Positions 1 through 13,600 are shown, numbered from the stretch's first letter. The stretch is DNA of 64,000 bases from Sphyrna mokarran (GCA_024679065.1 JAGIQG010000002.1:71424001-71488000); one strand, 5' to 3'. The notes: generated from the sequence alone by a model not told the origin. Numbers and translations: made by a program.

Positions 1-290
1 GGATCTGCATGTAGATGACCTTGTTGATCCTTAACAGGCCCTACTCTGTCCGTAGTTACTCATTTACTCTTTATGTATTTGTAGAAGCTCTTTGAATCCT
101 CCTTTGCCTTATCTGTCAAAACAATCTCGAGTTCCCTTTTTACCCTCCTGATTTCTCTCTTAACTCTACTCCTCCACCCCTTATACCCTTCAAGAGATTC
201 ACTTGCTCCCAGGTGTCCATGCATGTCATGTGCCTTCTTCTGGTTCTTGCTCAGGGCCTCAAAATCCCGACTCATCCATGGTTCACTACT
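1..290 (-). mobile_element. CR1-type LINE ORF2 fragment (degenerate)
   Basis: Minus-strand translation ...VKREIRRVKRELEIVLTDKAKEDSKSFYKYIKSK resembles the CR1 ORF2 region between the endonuclease and RT (K.FY.YI..K motif). Confidence 0.7.
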
Positions 291-2228
291 TCTACCACTC
301 TAAGAGGAATTATATATTTTTTAGAAAGCCCAGCCTTGTAACATTGCTGCCACATATGCACAGCCTGTACCCATCAATACAGTGGAATTAGGGATTGTAA
401 AGTCTCACAGGAGTTCAACAATATGTTCTCCAGCATATTGCTCAGAATGCTGAGGCATCATCTCATGATAGCGGCGGTGATTCCTTGGAGAACAAACCTG
501 TTGTCCTCTTGTAAGAAGATTGCATTCATCTTTCTACCACCGTTTGAAATGCTCCCTTCCTGTTGTATGTCAACCAGTCAGCCCAGACTACTATCATCCA
601 TCCCAAGATAGTGTAGTCTGAAGCCAGCCCTTCCAGGCCCAGAATCCCTTGACAATATCCTGCAAGGTAATCTGACCCACTGATAATCAACAGCTCTCTT
701 TCAGCCATGCTGCAAGTGCATTGCAACCCCCCAAAGGACAAGATGGGGACGACAGGCATCAAGAAAACACAGGAGAGTGGACAGTAAATAGTCTTTGTCA
801 CCCAGTTTCGTGGTGACTCAAGTACTGATGATACACTGGACAACCACAGAATAAAGGTGTCAGTGACTGTTGTCTGGATATTAGGTATTGAGCTGGATAA
901 TGTGTTGTGTATGGTCACACACACTGAGTGAGTGAAGTACTTTGTGGTTGCGCTACATTTTTAACTTTACATGTGGCATCCTCAAAGCAACATGTATTTT
1001 CGTTAGTAGCACTGCTTCACCCCATGGAGGAGCCCATTGTCCTGGTAAGATTGCTTCACCATATTGTTTGAAAATATATTTCCCTCTCTTTGCAAGATAT
1101 GTGTTCCTCACCTCCCTGAAAGAGCAGCAGACGGTAACCTTTGAGATATTAGATCATAATTATTGTGACATTAATGTACCTTTAAGATTTTTTTTTAAAT
1201 CATCTTCTCTGCAGTTGTAAGGAGGCCTTTGGTTTCAGTACTTTAAGGCTCGCTGCTAGAATTCCTTTCATTGCTCCTTCAATGGCTTCAATGGGTTTTT
1301 TTTTAGTCTAGGCTTCATTGACTTTCTGGGAGTTGTTTTATGACCCTGCATTCTCAGGAGGAAGACCATTGGCAGGTTATATGTTTTGGACATCTTTTTT
1401 TCTTCATAATGAATTCAAGGTTTCACTATTAATTTGGCTGATAGCAGTTTTAGTTTGAAAGGGGTGACCATCAGACTGGAAAGCAGAGTTTTTCTCCCTC
1501 ATTGTCCCTGGTTTTGGGAATTCTGCTGTTGACTAGAAACAAGGTACTGAGCCTCTCTGAAGTACAAAATTTACTCTTTGAGTAAATACTTCTCTCTCCA
1601 TGGTGTTCTAGGAAGCAGTTCTAGCTTCAAATTGATCTGGGTGTGTATCCAGAGTACAGCTAGAAGTTACAAGGCTGAGAAGTCAGGTTTCAATTCTCCA
1701 TCCAAAGTCTCAGTTCCAGCATCATGTGAACATTTGTATTTGCTATGTTAAACCTGTGGCAATTGTTTTGCAGATAGGCTTTGTTTGATTGGAACATTTC
1801 CTACATTAATTAAGGTTTATACAATATCATATTTGTTTCTTAATGTTTATAATTGGTAAAAGTTATCACAAATTTTCTTTCTAAATGTATTAATATATAC
1901 GTAATAATACATATGAAGTATACTATACATATACTTAAATAAATTTTGTTTAATATAAGTTTCCTAGTGGACCATTTAAATCATACATGAAGTGAAACAT
2001 ATCATTCTTACTCTAGCCAAATTCAAGTTGCAAAACTTCTAATCCAGGTAAACTTCATAAAGTACTTTGAAGTTTCTGATGTGAAATATAACATTGTGAT
2101 GAAAGATTGGGTCAGTTGAGGTTATTTTCTTTGGTATGAAGGAGACTGATTGGAATCTGGGTAAGGGCAGTCTGAAATTTATTAGCTGAAGTGGTGTTAG
2201 AGGCAGCTACTCTCATTGCATTTAAAAA

Positions 2229-2550
2229 GGGTGGCATGGTGGAACAGTGGTCAGCACTGCTACCTCACAGCATCAGAGATCCAGGTTCAATTCCTGGCTG
2301 GGGCCACTGTCTATGTGGAGCTTACACATTCTCCCCAGTATTGCTGGGGTTTCCTCCAAATGCTTCAGTTTCTTCCCACAGTCTAAAGATGTGCAGGTTA
2401 GATATATTGGCCATGTTAAATTGCCCCTGAGTGTCACGGTGGTTAGAAGGGTAAATGCATGGGGTTGCGGGGATAGGCCTAGTTGGGACTGCTGTTGGTG
2501 CAGGCTTCATGAGCCGAAAAGCCTCCTTCTGCACTCAGGATTCTAGAATT
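2229..2550 (+). mobile_element. HE1/V-SINE-type tRNA-derived SINE with CR1-like tail
   Basis: tRNA-like head (ggtggcatggtggaacagtggtcagcactgc...ggttcaattcc), V-domain core (gtttcttcccacagtctaaagatgtgcaggttag...ggccatgttaaattgcccc), tail gccgaaaagcctccttctgcact...attctag. Confidence 0.85.
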
Positions 2551-2719
2551 CTATAAAGTCTTTGAACATATGCTAGAGATATTGTAATCCTAAAGGTTAT
2601 GGACGAAGAGCAGAACAGAGAAATGAGACTGGATAGTTCTTTTTCAGCCAGTGTGGATACAGTGGACTTTGTGGCCTTCTTCTGTATCATAAATCCTTTT
2701 ATCTTTCTATGACACCTTC

Positions 2720-2890
2720 TCCAATGCAAAGCAGGCCACCGACGCCCTTAGAGCTGCAACCTGCTCTGAGGCTGACATTCTGCCTGCAATACATGGCCAA
2801 TTTCAGGGAGAACCTCCTTAGTGAAAAGGAGATATCACACATCCTGCGCTTGTCATAAGTTGAGGTAGGGAAATGCTCCCAAAGACCTAG
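2720..2890 (-). mobile_element. PIF/Harbinger transposase N-terminal remnant
   Basis: Minus-strand reading YLNL*QAQDV*YLLFTKEVLPEIGHVLQAECQPQSR resembles the HARBI1/Harbinger N-terminal segment; interrupted by stop codons. Confidence 0.45.
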
Positions 2891-3084
2891 GTGGATACAG
2901 CTTCCAGCAGATAGTCCTCTTCCACCTGCTCTCTGTTTAAACAATTTGGCTTGTTCTACAGATTGCTGCTCATTCTCCCTGTCATCTTGCAGGTCAGGGA
3001 GAAATAGAAACCACAGCATCAGTGACATGGGGGAACAGGGGCTGGAGTAAAATCCTACAAGTGAAAGCATTGGGTTTCACCACC

Positions 3085-3211
3085 TAATACAGCTCTCCCT
3101 CCAGACCACACCCCAACTACAGCTCTCCCAAACTACACCCTAAATACAGCTCTCCCTCTAGACTACACCACAAATACAGCTCTCCCTCTAGACTACACCC
3201 CAAATACAGCT
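3085..3211. repeat. ~30-bp tandem repeat, about 4.5 copies
   Basis: The unit aaatacagctctccctctagactacacccc is repeated with small variations. Confidence 0.85.
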
Positions 3212-4975
3212 GAAGTTAATAACCCCTTTAAACAGCATTGGGTATGAGTGAGTGTGGGGGGCTGGGGTAGGAGGAGAAGGTGGTGAGAGGTTCCTGCCTG
3301 TTGCTGAATGCACGTGTAAAGGTAAGAGAAGCATTAGTCAACAGTCAAAATGAAAGATTGACAGCAGGAATGGGCATTCTCACAGGAATTCTGAAATGTG
3401 GAACTGGATTTTCCATCCGTGCTTACAGCAAAACTGGAAAATCCCACCCGAGGTCAATAGACCTTTCCATGGTCCCATCCCCTGCCCACTATGACTCTCT
3501 TAGCAGGTGAGTGGGAAGATTTGCCCCATAGTTTATGCTGGCAGGATTTCCTGATCTGACTGTATTTCCCCTTCACCCCCGCCTGTAATAGAACCAGAAT
3601 CTCAATGTTCAATATCAGCATCTCCATTTGAATATATTTAAATATAATTATCTGGCCTTATGCCCGATAGTCGACCCCAGTTAGAGTGTCCATTCACAGT
3701 ATGAGGGTCTGTATGCTGTCCCACTGGTGAACAGAACCCACCTGAGCCTTGCAGATAAGTAAATCCCTCAGGGAGGAGGGTCATGCCAGGACAGTGCCCT
3801 GGCATCCCAATTGGCACTGCCAATTGTTGTGTTGGGGAGGATGTTGTGTGGGGAGGTGCTGGGATGGTGTATCATGGGTGTATCTTGGGGAATGGTGTAT
3901 TGTGGGGGATGCATAAAGGGGGTGAATCATGGAGTGGCTGCACTATGAAAGGTATTGTAGGGGTTATTCTATGGGTTGAAGCATTCTGTGTGGGAGGCAT
4001 GTTCCATGTTTCAGAGGGATCTGTTTATAATATTTTAGATCAGGACATCCAATACTTAGTTGCCGGCAGGGTGGACTTTGTTTCCAGTATAATGCTGTGG
4101 GATGCAGCTCTTCATTTTTTTCTGGCTATGTGCCAGGCAATATAGTGGGAAAGCCACCTTTGGAACTGGCAGTCACCATCCTGCTTTTCTCACCCTCTGT
4201 GTCCCTCTACCTTTTCTTAAGAAACCTTTTACCCACAGGAACTGCACAACCTTATTTTGCAGCTTATAAGGTCTTTATATGGCTTATATTAGACTTTCAT
4301 GCATAATTCATAATCAGTCTGTGACGTAGATCTCTGAAATATAATGATTTGATGCACTGGGGAACAAAATTCTTTATTATAAGTATCCATAGTAATAAAT
4401 GGAAGTCAGTGATTGAAGTGCCTAGACCGGTAGTCCAGAATTCTGGGTCCTTGTTTTAACGAATGCATACTTTTGTCAATGGATTAAGTGCAAGTAATGG
4501 TCAATACAGGAATGCAATTTAAACAAATAATGCAGTTTAATATGTTAGGAGCAATTTTCCTCCTCCCACTTTGCTCATTTTTCGGTCATGTTGTACCTAC
4601 CCAAGCTGTTCTCTGGCTGATGTAAAGTGAGCCTGCCTGTGTGTCAGGGTTCATGTATTTACACAGGCCAGATGTTGCCTGCCAGGGTCTGATGCTTGCA
4701 AGTTGTGGAGGAGGAGGTCAGCCTGAGAGTTCTGCAGCAGCAGTAATGGCCACCAGCTGTGAATCTTTTGGCCAACGTCCAAAAACAGCAGCCAGAAATT
4801 CTTCCAGTTCCAGAGGCGTTGGCCAGGCCTCGCAAAAGAGAAAGGTACTTACTTTCTTTCACTGCAATCTTCTTGTTACCGACCCTATTTCAGGATTAGG
4901 ACTGAGAGCTATCTGTCTTCATGGTTGCTATGGAAATTCTTAATTGTTTCTCAGAATAAATTCAGCGCTATGATT

Positions 4976-5290
4976 CATAGAATCCTACAGTGTAGAAGGA
5001 TGCCATTCTGCCCATCAAGTCTGCACTGACCACAAGTCCACCTAGGCCCTATTACTATAACCTCATGCATTTACTCTAGCTAGTCCACAAAGGTGCAATT
5101 TAGCATGGCCAATCCACCTAACCCACACATCTTTGGACTGTGGGAAGAAATCTGAGCACCCGGAGGAAACAGATGTAGACACAGGGAGAATGTGCAAACT
5201 CCACACAGACAGTGACCTGAGCCGGGAATTGAACCTAGGTCCCTGGCACTGAGAGACAGCAATGCTAGCCACTATGCCACCATGCCTCCC
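4976..5290 (-). mobile_element. HE1/V-SINE (CR1-like tail)
   Basis: Reverse complement of the same SINE head, core and tail (catagaatcctacagtg ... actatgccaccatgcc). Confidence 0.85.
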
Positions 5291-7514
5291 ACTCATGTCA
5301 CTCTCATCTCATTTGCACATTGTCAGATTTACAAGCTCTCAGGGCACAAGGAGAAAAATTGAGGGGATAAGTTTAACCTCCGCAGATATGGTGGGTTGGG
5401 GTTATAAAAGCTTTGAAAATCTCAAGCTGACCTCAAGCTCAGCCTAACACACCAATTTCCTGTTTTCATGGAGGTGGAACAAGGGCTGTGAAGCCATCCT
5501 GCTTGCAGTTGCAGGTTGACTACTTCTTGATTTTTGCAGATTTAACCTGCTCCTCAAGTTTAACCTTGTCAGGTTATGTTTCTGAGGCTTCAGCAGGTGA
5601 ATGGATGCAAGACAAAATTACAGAGAAGATAAGTACCTTTACAGCATTGCTTGTGCGCCAGGAGGAGGACAAGTACTTACACCTAGTCCTCTTCCCTTGG
5701 ATTGGATCCACAACCATCAACCCTTTAAACCTTCCCCATTAAAAGATTCCTGGGGTCAGGGATCAACCAAACACCCCACCCCATCCTACCCCAACATTCA
5801 GTTGCAGTTGAACTTCATCTAGGAGTGAAATCCCTTCCCTTTCACTCTTCTGCCCCTGACCCAGAGCCAGGGATCTGACACCCACCCCATGTAATGTTTG
5901 GCTCTATACCCATGACTGAGGATTGCTTAGATTTTCCCAGCCAGACTGGAAGACAGACTTGTCAATCAGACTGACTTCTGGACGGAGCCCCCTCCTAAAC
6001 AGTCTCTACTCTCTTCACGGATAATATTATAGCATTCCTCACCCTCCTCCTGGCCCCAGCAAAAACCATCACATCTCCTCAAATATTTGATTACCATATT
6101 TTTCAATTCTGTCCTACATAGGATAGTTATTTAGCTCTTTCTGAAGCACTTAATTAATCCAGTATTCACTGTGCACAAGAATTCAGCTCCATTTCTCTCT
6201 AAGCTGTGGGGTCAGGCATATTGAAAGCCTTACAGAATCAGTTAAAGAAGATCAACTTATTGACTTCTGAACTCTTTACTGACAATACCTAGTTTCAGTA
6301 ATGGAGGCAGGCAGTCAGTGGCAGGTTTGACAGGCAGCACTCCTTGCAGGCCTAGAAGGCCTTCCTACCTGGGTACAAGACTGTCAAACATCTGTATAGT
6401 GAATCCCCCACCAACCTCCCACAATGGCCACTGAATCTACTTTTTAATTAATGTTTCAAAACATTTTAGAGACAGTGTGCCTCAATGTTGAAGTATCATC
6501 TCCCCATTTACCATCAAAAGTAGCCTCTAGCTGGATGGTCTCTGACTGAACCTGCATCTTCAAGGGCCTACCCACTACCCTTAATTGGACAGGCAACCTA
6601 TTTCTACATCAATTAACAGGTCCCTTCCTTGTAAATTACACTGAGTGACTCTTTCCTCCTAGGAGTGGGAAACTGTTACGATCCTTGATTTCTACCACTG
6701 GAGGGAAAATCCCTGAGACTAATATAATTAAAAGGCAGCATATCAATTAGGAAATGGTAGAGGTGGAGGGGAGGTGAGGGGCAGTTAAAATGGAGGGAAG
6801 AGGAAATCAGTGGATCAGAAAATTAGTAATGTGTATAATAGGCAGCCAAACCATTCCAGCTGGCCACCTCATTATTTACTATACTTGAACTTGGATCTTA
6901 CTACAGCATGCCATTTTAGGTGAGATATTTATTTTTAAGATAAACCTATGAAATGATGAGGCCAGTGCTTTGGAAAGGCATTGCATTATATTGCATTAAC
7001 AAAGAGAGAAAAAGATAGTGAGAGGGAGTAAATTCTGTATGGATCGGAGTCCATTAGAACAGCAACAATGAAGCGATGTTCATCCTGTTGTGATCTCTAT
7101 GGCAATGTTTAATATAATGATGGGGTTCTTATACAGTAGCTGAGATTTAGTGAGAACCTCTTCCCCTCCTTTGGAGAAATCCTGCTGGATTAAATGCCCA
7201 AACACTTGCAGCCAGTCAGAGGCCAGCAGTTCTGCACGGGGACACTGGTTTATTTAGCCTGTCTGCGAGATTCGGGTCAGGTGAAAACCATTCTTTCAAA
7301 ATAGCCTTTCCTTGTTGCATACATTACTCCAGAATCCCATGAATGTGGAACATCCTGTCCTGTGCCAGCTCCACGGACCACCCAGTAACCTTACTGATGT
7401 TTTTCTTCTTTAAATGTTCCAGTATGTGGCACAGCAAGCAATCCAATGCCATCCTTGAAATGTTGTTTCTCAACTTATTGCCTAATTCACGAAATTCTCT
7501 CTGCAAGATTTTTT

Positions 7515-8095
7515 AAAATTCATTCATGGGATATGGGTGTCATTGGCTCAGTAAAGTTTTACAACACCAATTTTAAATCCAACCAATTCATTTGATAGTA
7601 AATTCGCGAGCTTTCGACTCTATAGCCTTCGACGAAGGCTATAGAGTCGAAAGCTCACGAATTTACCATCAAATAAATTGGTTGGATTTAAAATTGGTGT
7701 TGTAAAACTTTACTGAGTTTACCCCAGTCCAACACTGGCATCTCTACATCGTCATTGGCTGGCCAGCATTTATTGCCCATCCCTAGTTGCCCTTGAACTG
7801 AGTGGCTTGCTAGGCCATTTCAGAGGCTAGTTGAGAATCAACCACATTGCTGTGCCTCTGGAGTCACATGTAGGCCAGACAGGAGAAAGACAGCAGATTT
7901 CCTTCCATAGAGGGCATTAGTGAAACAGATGGGTTTTTCCTGAAATCGTGGTCATTGGTAGATTTTTCATTTCAGATAATTATATTGAATTCAAAGTCAC
8001 CATCTGTTGTGGTGGGATTCGAACCCCAGTTTCCAGAACATTAGCTGAGTTTCAGAATTAATGATCTACTGATAATACCACTAGGCCATGGCATC
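7515..8095 (-). mobile_element. Second tRNA-derived SINE family (CR1-like 3' end), interrupted by a Penelope-end insertion
   Basis: cattcatgggatatgggtgtcattggct...ggccagcatttattgcccatccctagttgccc...gggattcgaacccc. Related copies lie at about 16430-16900, 27305-27560, 35420-35550 and 36800-37155. Confidence 0.65.
7549..7750 (+). mobile_element. Penelope-like terminal fragment with an inverted duplication (171-bp palindrome) and a 10-bp TSD
   Basis: The right arm plus tail matches the end of the Penelope copy at about 24960-25085 (aaataaa..gttgga..tggtgtt..tactg..accccagtccaa..catctc). gtcattggct flanks both sides (7539-7548 and 7751-7760). Confidence 0.75.
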
Positions 8096-9254
8096 CCTTC
8101 TTGAGATATTTAACGTATCTCAATTTAAATTATTACGTCTGATATGAACGATGGTTTTTAACTGCTCTCTTGATAACTGTTCTATGATACTTTTCACTGT
8201 AACTCCAGGGAGGCAGCATATTATTTGGGTATCCCAACCAGGACTACAAAACAGGATGTTTATATTCCTGACTACATCATCTCTCACTCTTGTTCTCTTA
8301 TTCTTTTAGTCTGTATTCAACACACTCCTTTGTTTCCTTACAAACCCCCGCCCCCCACCCCCAACCTTGTTCTAACACCTTTTTTCTTTCATCACAGAAT
8401 TATAGTGTCAGGCCCAACACCTCCCTCAGAGACTGCTCTTTCAAACCCTTCCACCAATGAGTGTCTGTTGATAAGTTTCAGTAACTCAGGAATTTCTTAT
8501 ACCTATTAGGATTTTTTTGATCTCTAGTGTTCCTGCAGATGCTTATCTACACCTTTCTTTCCACTCTACACCAGGTCCCAAAACATTTAGCCTGCACTTT
8601 ATCTCACAAAGTCCTGCTCTATATCATCCTGAGCTTACTAAACTCCATTCGTCTCCATTTACAAATCTCTGCACAACTTTGCGAAACCTACCAATTGCAG
8701 ATACAGCCAGCCACATATCCTGCCTTCCCTTTTCTGACATTGTTTGTGCTTCTACCTTTCTGATCTCTTCTTTGGTGTAGAGTTTGCAATCCAACATTCC
8801 AAAACTCTCTCCCTAAACATCTCTGCCTGGTCTTCCTCTTCCAACTGTGGAGAATCTCTTCAAAACTCTTTTTTCAATCACACTTTTTAGTCAAGTTCAC
8901 AAAACCTCATGTTATTACTTAATGTTTTTTCTTTCCTTTGTGAAGTGACTTAAGATATTTAATCTGGTAAGGTACTGTACAAATGCTAGATTTTATTATT
9001 GGTTGGATCCCATCTAGAACGGGTTTGGATATCTAATTGTCATAAAATCCATGGAATCGTAGAATCCTACAATGCAGAAGGAAGTCATTCAGCCCATCGA
9101 GTTTGCAGCGACCACAATCCCACACACTGCTGTGAGGCAGCAGTGCTAACCATTGTGCCACCCGGCCACCCTACATAAAAGGAAAATGTATAGAATTTAC
9201 ACTAAACTTGCAGGAGGTTTCAAATATACAAAATTGGACTTAAGTCAGATGTAC

Positions 9255-11395
9255 TAACAGCTTGTGCTGGAAGAAGACTCGAGAAAGCTTATCACCATTC
9301 ACATGCATTAAAGCTGATTCCAATATGCGAGACTGCTCTTCGGCATTTCATCTGTATGCATTATTTTTCAGTACACCATGGAAAGCCTCCTTCAATGGAT
9401 CCTCAGAGATGTCATGTATCTTGACATGTCTTAATAACAGGGGTGTTACCAGAGGAGCACTGGGCTAACTTAGAAGAAGTTCTCAAAAGATTCAAAGAAG
9501 CTGGTGGCCACTTGAAAAGAAAAGAATGTACTTTCCAAGCTGAAGAGGCTATGTATTTAGGATTCCAAGAAGATGCAAAATGCTTGCACTGACTAGAAGA
9601 GAAGACAAAGGCAAAGGCGTGCCTGCACCAAAGAATATAACAGAGTGAAATTCTTTTTAGAGATGGTCAACTATTATAGGTGTTCTTTACCCAACTTCCC
9701 TGCATTTTGGCTGCCTGACAGTGACTTCTAAAAAAAAATCAATGTTAGCAATGGGAAGATGCACAGAAGAAATGCTTTGACCAAATGGTTAGCACTGCTG
9801 CTTCAGCACGAGGGATCCAGGTTCAATTCCAGCCTCAGGAGACTCTCTGTATGGAATCTGCACGTTCTCCCTGTGTCTGTGTGGGGGTTTCTGTTTTCTC
9901 CAGATGCTCCAGTTTCCTCCCACAGTCTAAAGATGTGCAGGTTAGGGTGGATTGGCCATGCTAAATTGACCCTTGATGTCCTACTTGTGTAGGTTTGAGT
10001 GTTTAGCTGAGTGAATATGCAGAGTTACCAGGATAGGGTGCTCCTGACCAAAATGCTTTGTTGGAGAGTCAGTGCAGACTCAATGGGCCAAATAGCCTCC
10101 ATCTGCATTGTTGGAATACTATTTTGGAATACTAAGTAAAACAGGGCTTGCAATCATCTATTTTACCTGTTCATTTTGACCTGGGCAAGCAGATAATAGT
10201 GATGTATGGTACATCAGCTTATAGCATAGAAGCTGTACTGTCCCATCAGATGGAAGATGGCAAGGTCAGGGATTTACAAGCAGCTAAAGAGTGTGGTCAA
10301 CACTTGTCAACATTGTCATATGGAGCAGACCCTTCGCCTGCAGCAACTTTACGCCCCTGGGAATGGCCTGGCCACGCTTAGACAAGGCTCCACATTGATC
10401 TTGTTGGCCATTTCATGGGGATGATGTCTTTGATCCTGATGGAAGCCCACTCAGTGTGGTTTGATGACATGCATTCCACAACCTTGTCAATCACCGTGGA
10501 CAAGCTACAGCAAATGTTCATGATTCATGGCATTCCATAACTAATGGTTTCTGACAATGGCAGCACTTTCATTGCTGAAGATTTCAGCATTTGTCGGACC
10601 TAATGGCACGGCTCCATACTATGCTGCTTCCAATGGATTTCAGAAAGGGCAATGAGGACTTTCAAAGCATTGAAGAGGAAACAGTCCAATAGGCCAATGC
10701 CCCTCCTATTGGCCAATGTCCTAATCTCCTATAATACTACCTGTCAAACTGACAGAGATTATGCCGGCCAGGTTACTGATGGAGCAGTGTCTGAGAACTT
10801 GCCTTGACCTCATTTTTTTAAAAATTCGAAGGAGAGGATGAAGGCTAAGCAAACCTCACAGAAGGACTATTATGATCCCGTTAGGGGAAATAGGTCATTC
10901 ATCTTGAACGATTTGGTTTTCGTCCGGAACTTTGGGGAGTTGGAGGCAGGCAGTTTAATAACCAGAAAGATCATTCAAAATACTGGCCCGGTATTTTATA
11001 TTTTTCCTGCAGGGCCTCATCACATCAGAAGGCAGAAAGCTACAGACCTTGCTACCCTCCATAACAGAGTGCAATGAGTCAGCAGCTCAGTAAGCACATG
11101 TTCTCCAGGGAGAATCTCAACAGCCATTGGAAGCAGAAGAAGAGGGTGCCGGTTCTTGCTCAATGTCAGAATTTCTTGACCCACCTACCACTGTTGAAGG
11201 CTCAGTTACCCTTGGCTCAGAGATCCCAGATAAGGAGTTGTGCAGCTCCATAGGAATCCAGAAGACAGCCAAGCGATTGACTTTGTGAACTTTGCTGAAA
11301 GGCCCTTCTTGCAAATTTTGTTTTGACTGCATATATCTGAACATAAAGTTTTTGTTTGTGTTTTAATAAAAGAACTTAAGAGGGGAGGAATATGG
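9255..11395 (+). mobile_element. Degenerate Ty3/Gypsy LTR-retrotransposon pol (RT, RNase H, integrase)
   Basis: Frameshifted motifs LEEVLKRFKEAG..KECTFQ..YLGF, MVNYYR, VHFD..TSAYSIEAVLSHQMEDG, PWEWP..RLHIDL, HGIP..VSDNG, APY..ASNG. A purine tract aagaggggaggaa lies near 11378. Confidence 0.8.
9785..10115 (+). mobile_element. HE1/V-SINE nested inside the Gypsy remnant
   Basis: tggttagcactgctgcttca..ggttcaattcc..cccacagtctaaagatgtgcaggttagg; it splits the RT and RNase H segments. Confidence 0.8.
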
Positions 11396-13254
11396 TCCCT
11401 TTAGAATTTGGGTGTTCATAGGTCATGCAAGCCAGAACCCTTCTGAGACCTATCAGGTGAAGTGCATGAACCAGTACCTATTGAATGTTGGAGTGCAGGG
11501 CCTGGTAGGAACATCCCGAGATTTGGTGGAATGAGGCCTATACCTGCATTGGACTTGATTCTATATCTTTTTACCTTTCCTTCAGGAAATTGCTGCTGTG
11601 ATTCAGTGCTTCCTTATAGCAGCCTATCCACATTTTCCATTCCTGCCTGTGACAGTTTGCAGAATATTCCAGCCTCAATCAGTAATATTGCAAGGGCAAG
11701 TCAGGCATCAATCTATCCGTTGGCAGAAGAGAAGCTGATGTTTCAAGTCCAGATGACCCTGTGTCAAAACTTTAACAAAGGATCATCTGGACTCAAAACA
11801 TCCGCTCTTTTCTCTCCTTATAGGTGCTGCCAGACCTGCTGAGATTTTCCAGCATTTTCTCTTTTGGTTTCAGATTCCAGCATCCGCAGTAATTTGTTTT
11901 TAATCAGTGGCAGGTTCCTATTTCCAATACATTCGTTTCCATGAATTCTCATCATAGGTAAACTTCTTCAAACTCAGTCCTTCCGTCAATGTTAAGTCAT
12001 CTGCATGTAGGAAACTTGTGACATCAGTTTCCAGCTTGTTTAACAGTGATGGAAAGCAGCTGCTTTATCCAGTTGGATTGGAGATGAATGTTGTCTTTGT
12101 TGAACACCTCTGGCACAAGGACGGGGAGCAGGAGAATTGCAGTTTGGATGGAGGTTTCAGAGGATGACTTGGGGTCAGGGACATCTACAGGGGTTGGAAT
12201 TCTGAGGAATGGGGTGGGTGGGGTTACAGCATGTGGAAGAATAAGAGGGCATCAACAAACAAGGGAGAGTGGGTTTGGAGTGTGGAAATGTTCACTGGGA
12301 GAGTCTGGTATTTTGGGTGCGATCAGATTGGCGGGGAAGCCAAAAGGAAATGCAAAATGAGAGGTCAGAAGGGTGGGTCTAATACCATCCAATGTTGAAT
12401 CCTGATTTCTAATTAAGGAAACTGCCTGACTTGTGGAAGATCCATATTTACAGAGGAAAACTTTGACTCAGTAGTGGGGGCAGGTCCAATCTGAGGCAGT
12501 TGAAAATCTAAGAGGATGAGTCAAGGGATTCGAAGGACACATCAAGGTTGATAGGGGCAGTGTAAGGTCTAGGAACAGAGGGGAAATGTCGTCAGTGAGG
12601 CATTAGTCATTTGGAGGAATTAGAATATCTAGAGTTAACCCTGGGGTAAACAGGGAAGACACACAGTGACACTTGGAAGGTTAAACTTATTGGATTCAAA
12701 CTCAAAGGTGATGAAGAGAGGTTGGATGTGATAAATTCCAAGTGAAGAGAGATTCTGGTTCTTTTGCTGTTTCTCCAGACATACAATCAGCTGGCAGGAG
12801 TCCAGATTCAATTGAGAAGAAAGCACTGCTGGTGGGAGGAGATTTCCATGAGAGGAGTTGAAAATCTCACTTCCTGACAGCTGTGTGAATAAAAGCCATG
12901 CAGTCAGAGGAGTTCATATCATTAACTGCCTTCTTCATACAGTTCACATGATAGAATTCATAGGTTGTGAATTTGACAACCTCAGGAGCCGCTGGAGAGA
13001 ATGCAACAAGAGAAGGCTGATTCTGGCCACCATCAGAGGCTACAAGACATCAGCATTAGCAGAGAAGGAGGCTGGCTAGGAGGCAGATATCCAGGGAAGG
13101 TACTGCAGACAATGGATTCTGGATAATGGATGGTTGAAATTCATCACCATCCAACCTCTCTCCATTGGATAATGCCTTGCTGATTTCCCTTTTGATCCCA
13201 GATCTTAACAAGCCTTCAGGATGAGAACTAACTACCTGCAAGTATTGGAGAGGG

Positions 13255-13600
13255 AATGCTAGAGATGGCTGAGGCTATCTTGAGAAGCAGAGATTTGTGT
13301 AATCCTGCAGCATGACGTTCAGCTACATGGATTTAGTTGGAACTCCAAGCCAGTGGCCCTCAAGATGACTTTGGTGTTCAATTTTCTCACCAGGTGTGCT
13401 TCCTAGAACTCCACGGACAAGATGTGTGCCATTTCACACACTGCCGTACAGGTGCATGAAGGAGGTGACCAATGCCTCTTCTGTCATGCAAATGAATTTG
13501 CCAAATTCCCCAAATTTAAGGACAGCTGTGTGGCCGGGGTATTGGGCTTCAAGGCCAACGCTCATTTCTTCAGAGTGTAAGGGGTTATCAATTAGACTCA
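13255..13600 (+). mobile_element. PIF/Harbinger transposase remnant
   Basis: PVALKMTLVFNFL and YRCMKEVTNA resemble the Harbinger helix-turn-helix region; disrupted. Confidence 0.5.

Noticed and set aside
1164-2092. Possible solo LTR (tgtgac...ataaca)
   Set aside because: TG..CA ends are suggestive, but there is no exact TSD or second copy in the window, so it cannot be supported without a search.
2229-2300. tRNA genes suggested by A/B-box-like sequences (also at other SINE heads)
   Set aside because: They are tRNA-derived SINE heads joined to SINE cores and do not form complete cloverleaves.
2191-2430. Recurrent ORFs such as RDPGSIPG..HCLCG..SSHSLKMCRL (also 5080, 9759, 14783, 32749, 54717, 63542)
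   Set aside because: These are translations of the same SINE, not a protein family.
3085-3211. CRISPR-like array
   Set aside because: Head-to-tail repeats without unique spacers in a vertebrate genome; an ordinary minisatellite.
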